Shown: positions 62,401 to 64,000 of the stretch, piece by piece | Numbering within the stretch: position 1 is the first letter of the stretch | Layout: each line of letters begins with the position of its first letter | From: Podarcis cretensis | Taxonomy: Eukaryota | Assembly: GCA_951804945.1 (NCBI GenBank) | Contig: OX638163.1 | Span: 37,448,001 to 37,512,000, forward strand | DNA: 64,000 nt | Direction: 5' to 3' | Position numbers and translations under genes: made by a program | Notes under the pieces: generated by a model | The model's database searches: none | The model's input: the letters and a program-made list of their open reading frames with translations, nothing else | What the model was told of the DNA's origin: nothing

Positions 62401-64000
62401 ATTTAAATTCACATTTTCATATACATTTTTATTTTATTTAAGCATGATCAAAGGAGAAGGGGTTGGGCTGTAAGATGCATCAACACCTGGAATGCCTATT
62501 TTTTTATTTATCCACCCAGCAGACACTTCTCTTGCAAAAAAAGAAAGAAAGGACATTTTTTAGGGTTTTTTTGTGGAGGATGGAGAAGGCAGTGACTTGC
62601 GATCCAGGAAGCTCACATAAATTTAAAAGAACTAATTTTTCTAGTGGAAAGGATTTGTAAGCTGCAGTATAAATCTGGACTTTTTCAACATGCACATGCA
62701 TGATTCTTTGTCATCCTTCTCGTACAGGAGTGAGCAGGATGGTGGTGGCAGGACTAGTTGCAAGTATTGCTTTTAGATGACTTTGAAATATAAGACAATT
62801 AAAAGTACTTGCTTGATTCATCATGGTGGTGTGTGGGTTCCAAGTTCAAGGATTTAATGAGCCAGTTGGTGGGTTTATTGGCCCAAATGTTGTGGCTGAG
62901 AACAGGGAAGAGAAAGAGTAGTAGTCCATAGGACAGCAAGAACAACTCCCTTAGAAGGGAAAATTCTATGGCAATGATTTATTTCAGTAAGAGACTTCAT
63001 TCAATGCATATAATAGCAGAGCAGGTAGCTCTCTAGAGCAGGGATGGACATTTTGAAGGCCTCCAGATGTTGCTGAACTCCCATAACCCATTAAGCATGA
63101 TATGATGGGATTAGCTGCCCCAAGCTCACCTAGTAACCTTCATGACCAGTTAAGGATTCAAGCCTAGCATCTAGCCAAATTCATCATTCTAGCCACTATC
63201 ATCATCATCATCATTATCTTCATCATCATCATCATTATTATAATCTCTATACCACCCTTCAACTGAGGATCACAAGGCAGTTTCCAATATAAAAACACAA
63301 TTATTTATTGAATTTATATACCACCCTGTTCCTGGAGGTCTCAGGGTGGCTCACAGAACAAAACCTGAACACCAAACCACAAAATATATAATAGAAATAA
63401 AAACAACAACCCAATAATCCCCCCAAAAAACCCCCACATTTTAAAAGGGTATAGGATGGAATACATAATACGGTTATATACAACAACAAACAATTAGCAA
63501 AACTAATAATACTTGTATGTCAATAGTTGCTGGTGTACAACTTTGGAGCACTCTGACAGATAAAGTGATGGGAGCAAGTGCCTTGGTGGTCCAAATTCAC
63601 CCCACAACCAGAATGCCTTCATTGGCATCCTGGACCAGCATTGCATCAAGCTGTGCACTAAAATGATTGTAGCATTTCCCAGTCCAGGACACCTGCAATC
63701 ACTCAGCAGCAGGCAAACTCCTAAAAGACAAGCAAATCCATTCATTGTGTGAAATCTTTCACTTTCACTGTCACTCTTTGCTTCCCGCCTTCATTTCCCC
63801 CCTGGATGATCAGTGGCTGCAGCTGCTTTGCACTAATTTGCCGAATCATTTGATTAAGCTTAAAAGAGAGATTTAATTAAGAAGAGGGAGCCAGATAAAG
63901 GGAGGGGGGATGAGAAAGGACAGCAGTTTGTTGACTTACTGGACTATCATTATTGCAATGGTGGCTTGCGTCCATTGGGACTGGTAGGATAGAAGGCACA

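Overview
Repeat-rich, non-coding vertebrate DNA, very probably from a lacertid lizard (inferred from young Sauria SINEs with an (ACCTTT)n tail, BovB, squamate-type L1/L2/CR1 and Penelope fragments). I found no host protein-coding exon; almost all short ORFs in the track are noise or TE-derived. Main content: (i) a full-length, TSD-flanked ~6.1 kb L1 LINE on the minus strand (30253-36396; ORF1 plus EN-RT-CCHC ORF2, broken only by three single-base homopolymer deletions); (ii) the 5' UTR and an open ORF1 of a second, divergent L1 (1-1778) joined to part of a Sauria SINE; (iii) three more Sauria SINEs, a BovB 3' fragment, a head-to-head RTE remnant, CR1/L2 remnants, hAT and Tc1/pogo MITEs, a DIRS-like terminal repeat, and a Penelope fragment with a minimal hammerhead ribozyme; (iv) several TE-free blocks that look like conserved non-coding elements; (v) two assembly gaps. 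The most interesting observation is that the two divergent L1 5' UTRs share a splice donor and acceptor enclosing an interval of identical length (542 nt), suggesting a conserved 5' UTR intron, downstream of a shared ETS+YY1 5' end. All alignments and translations were done by eye, and repeat family names come from recognition, not database searches.
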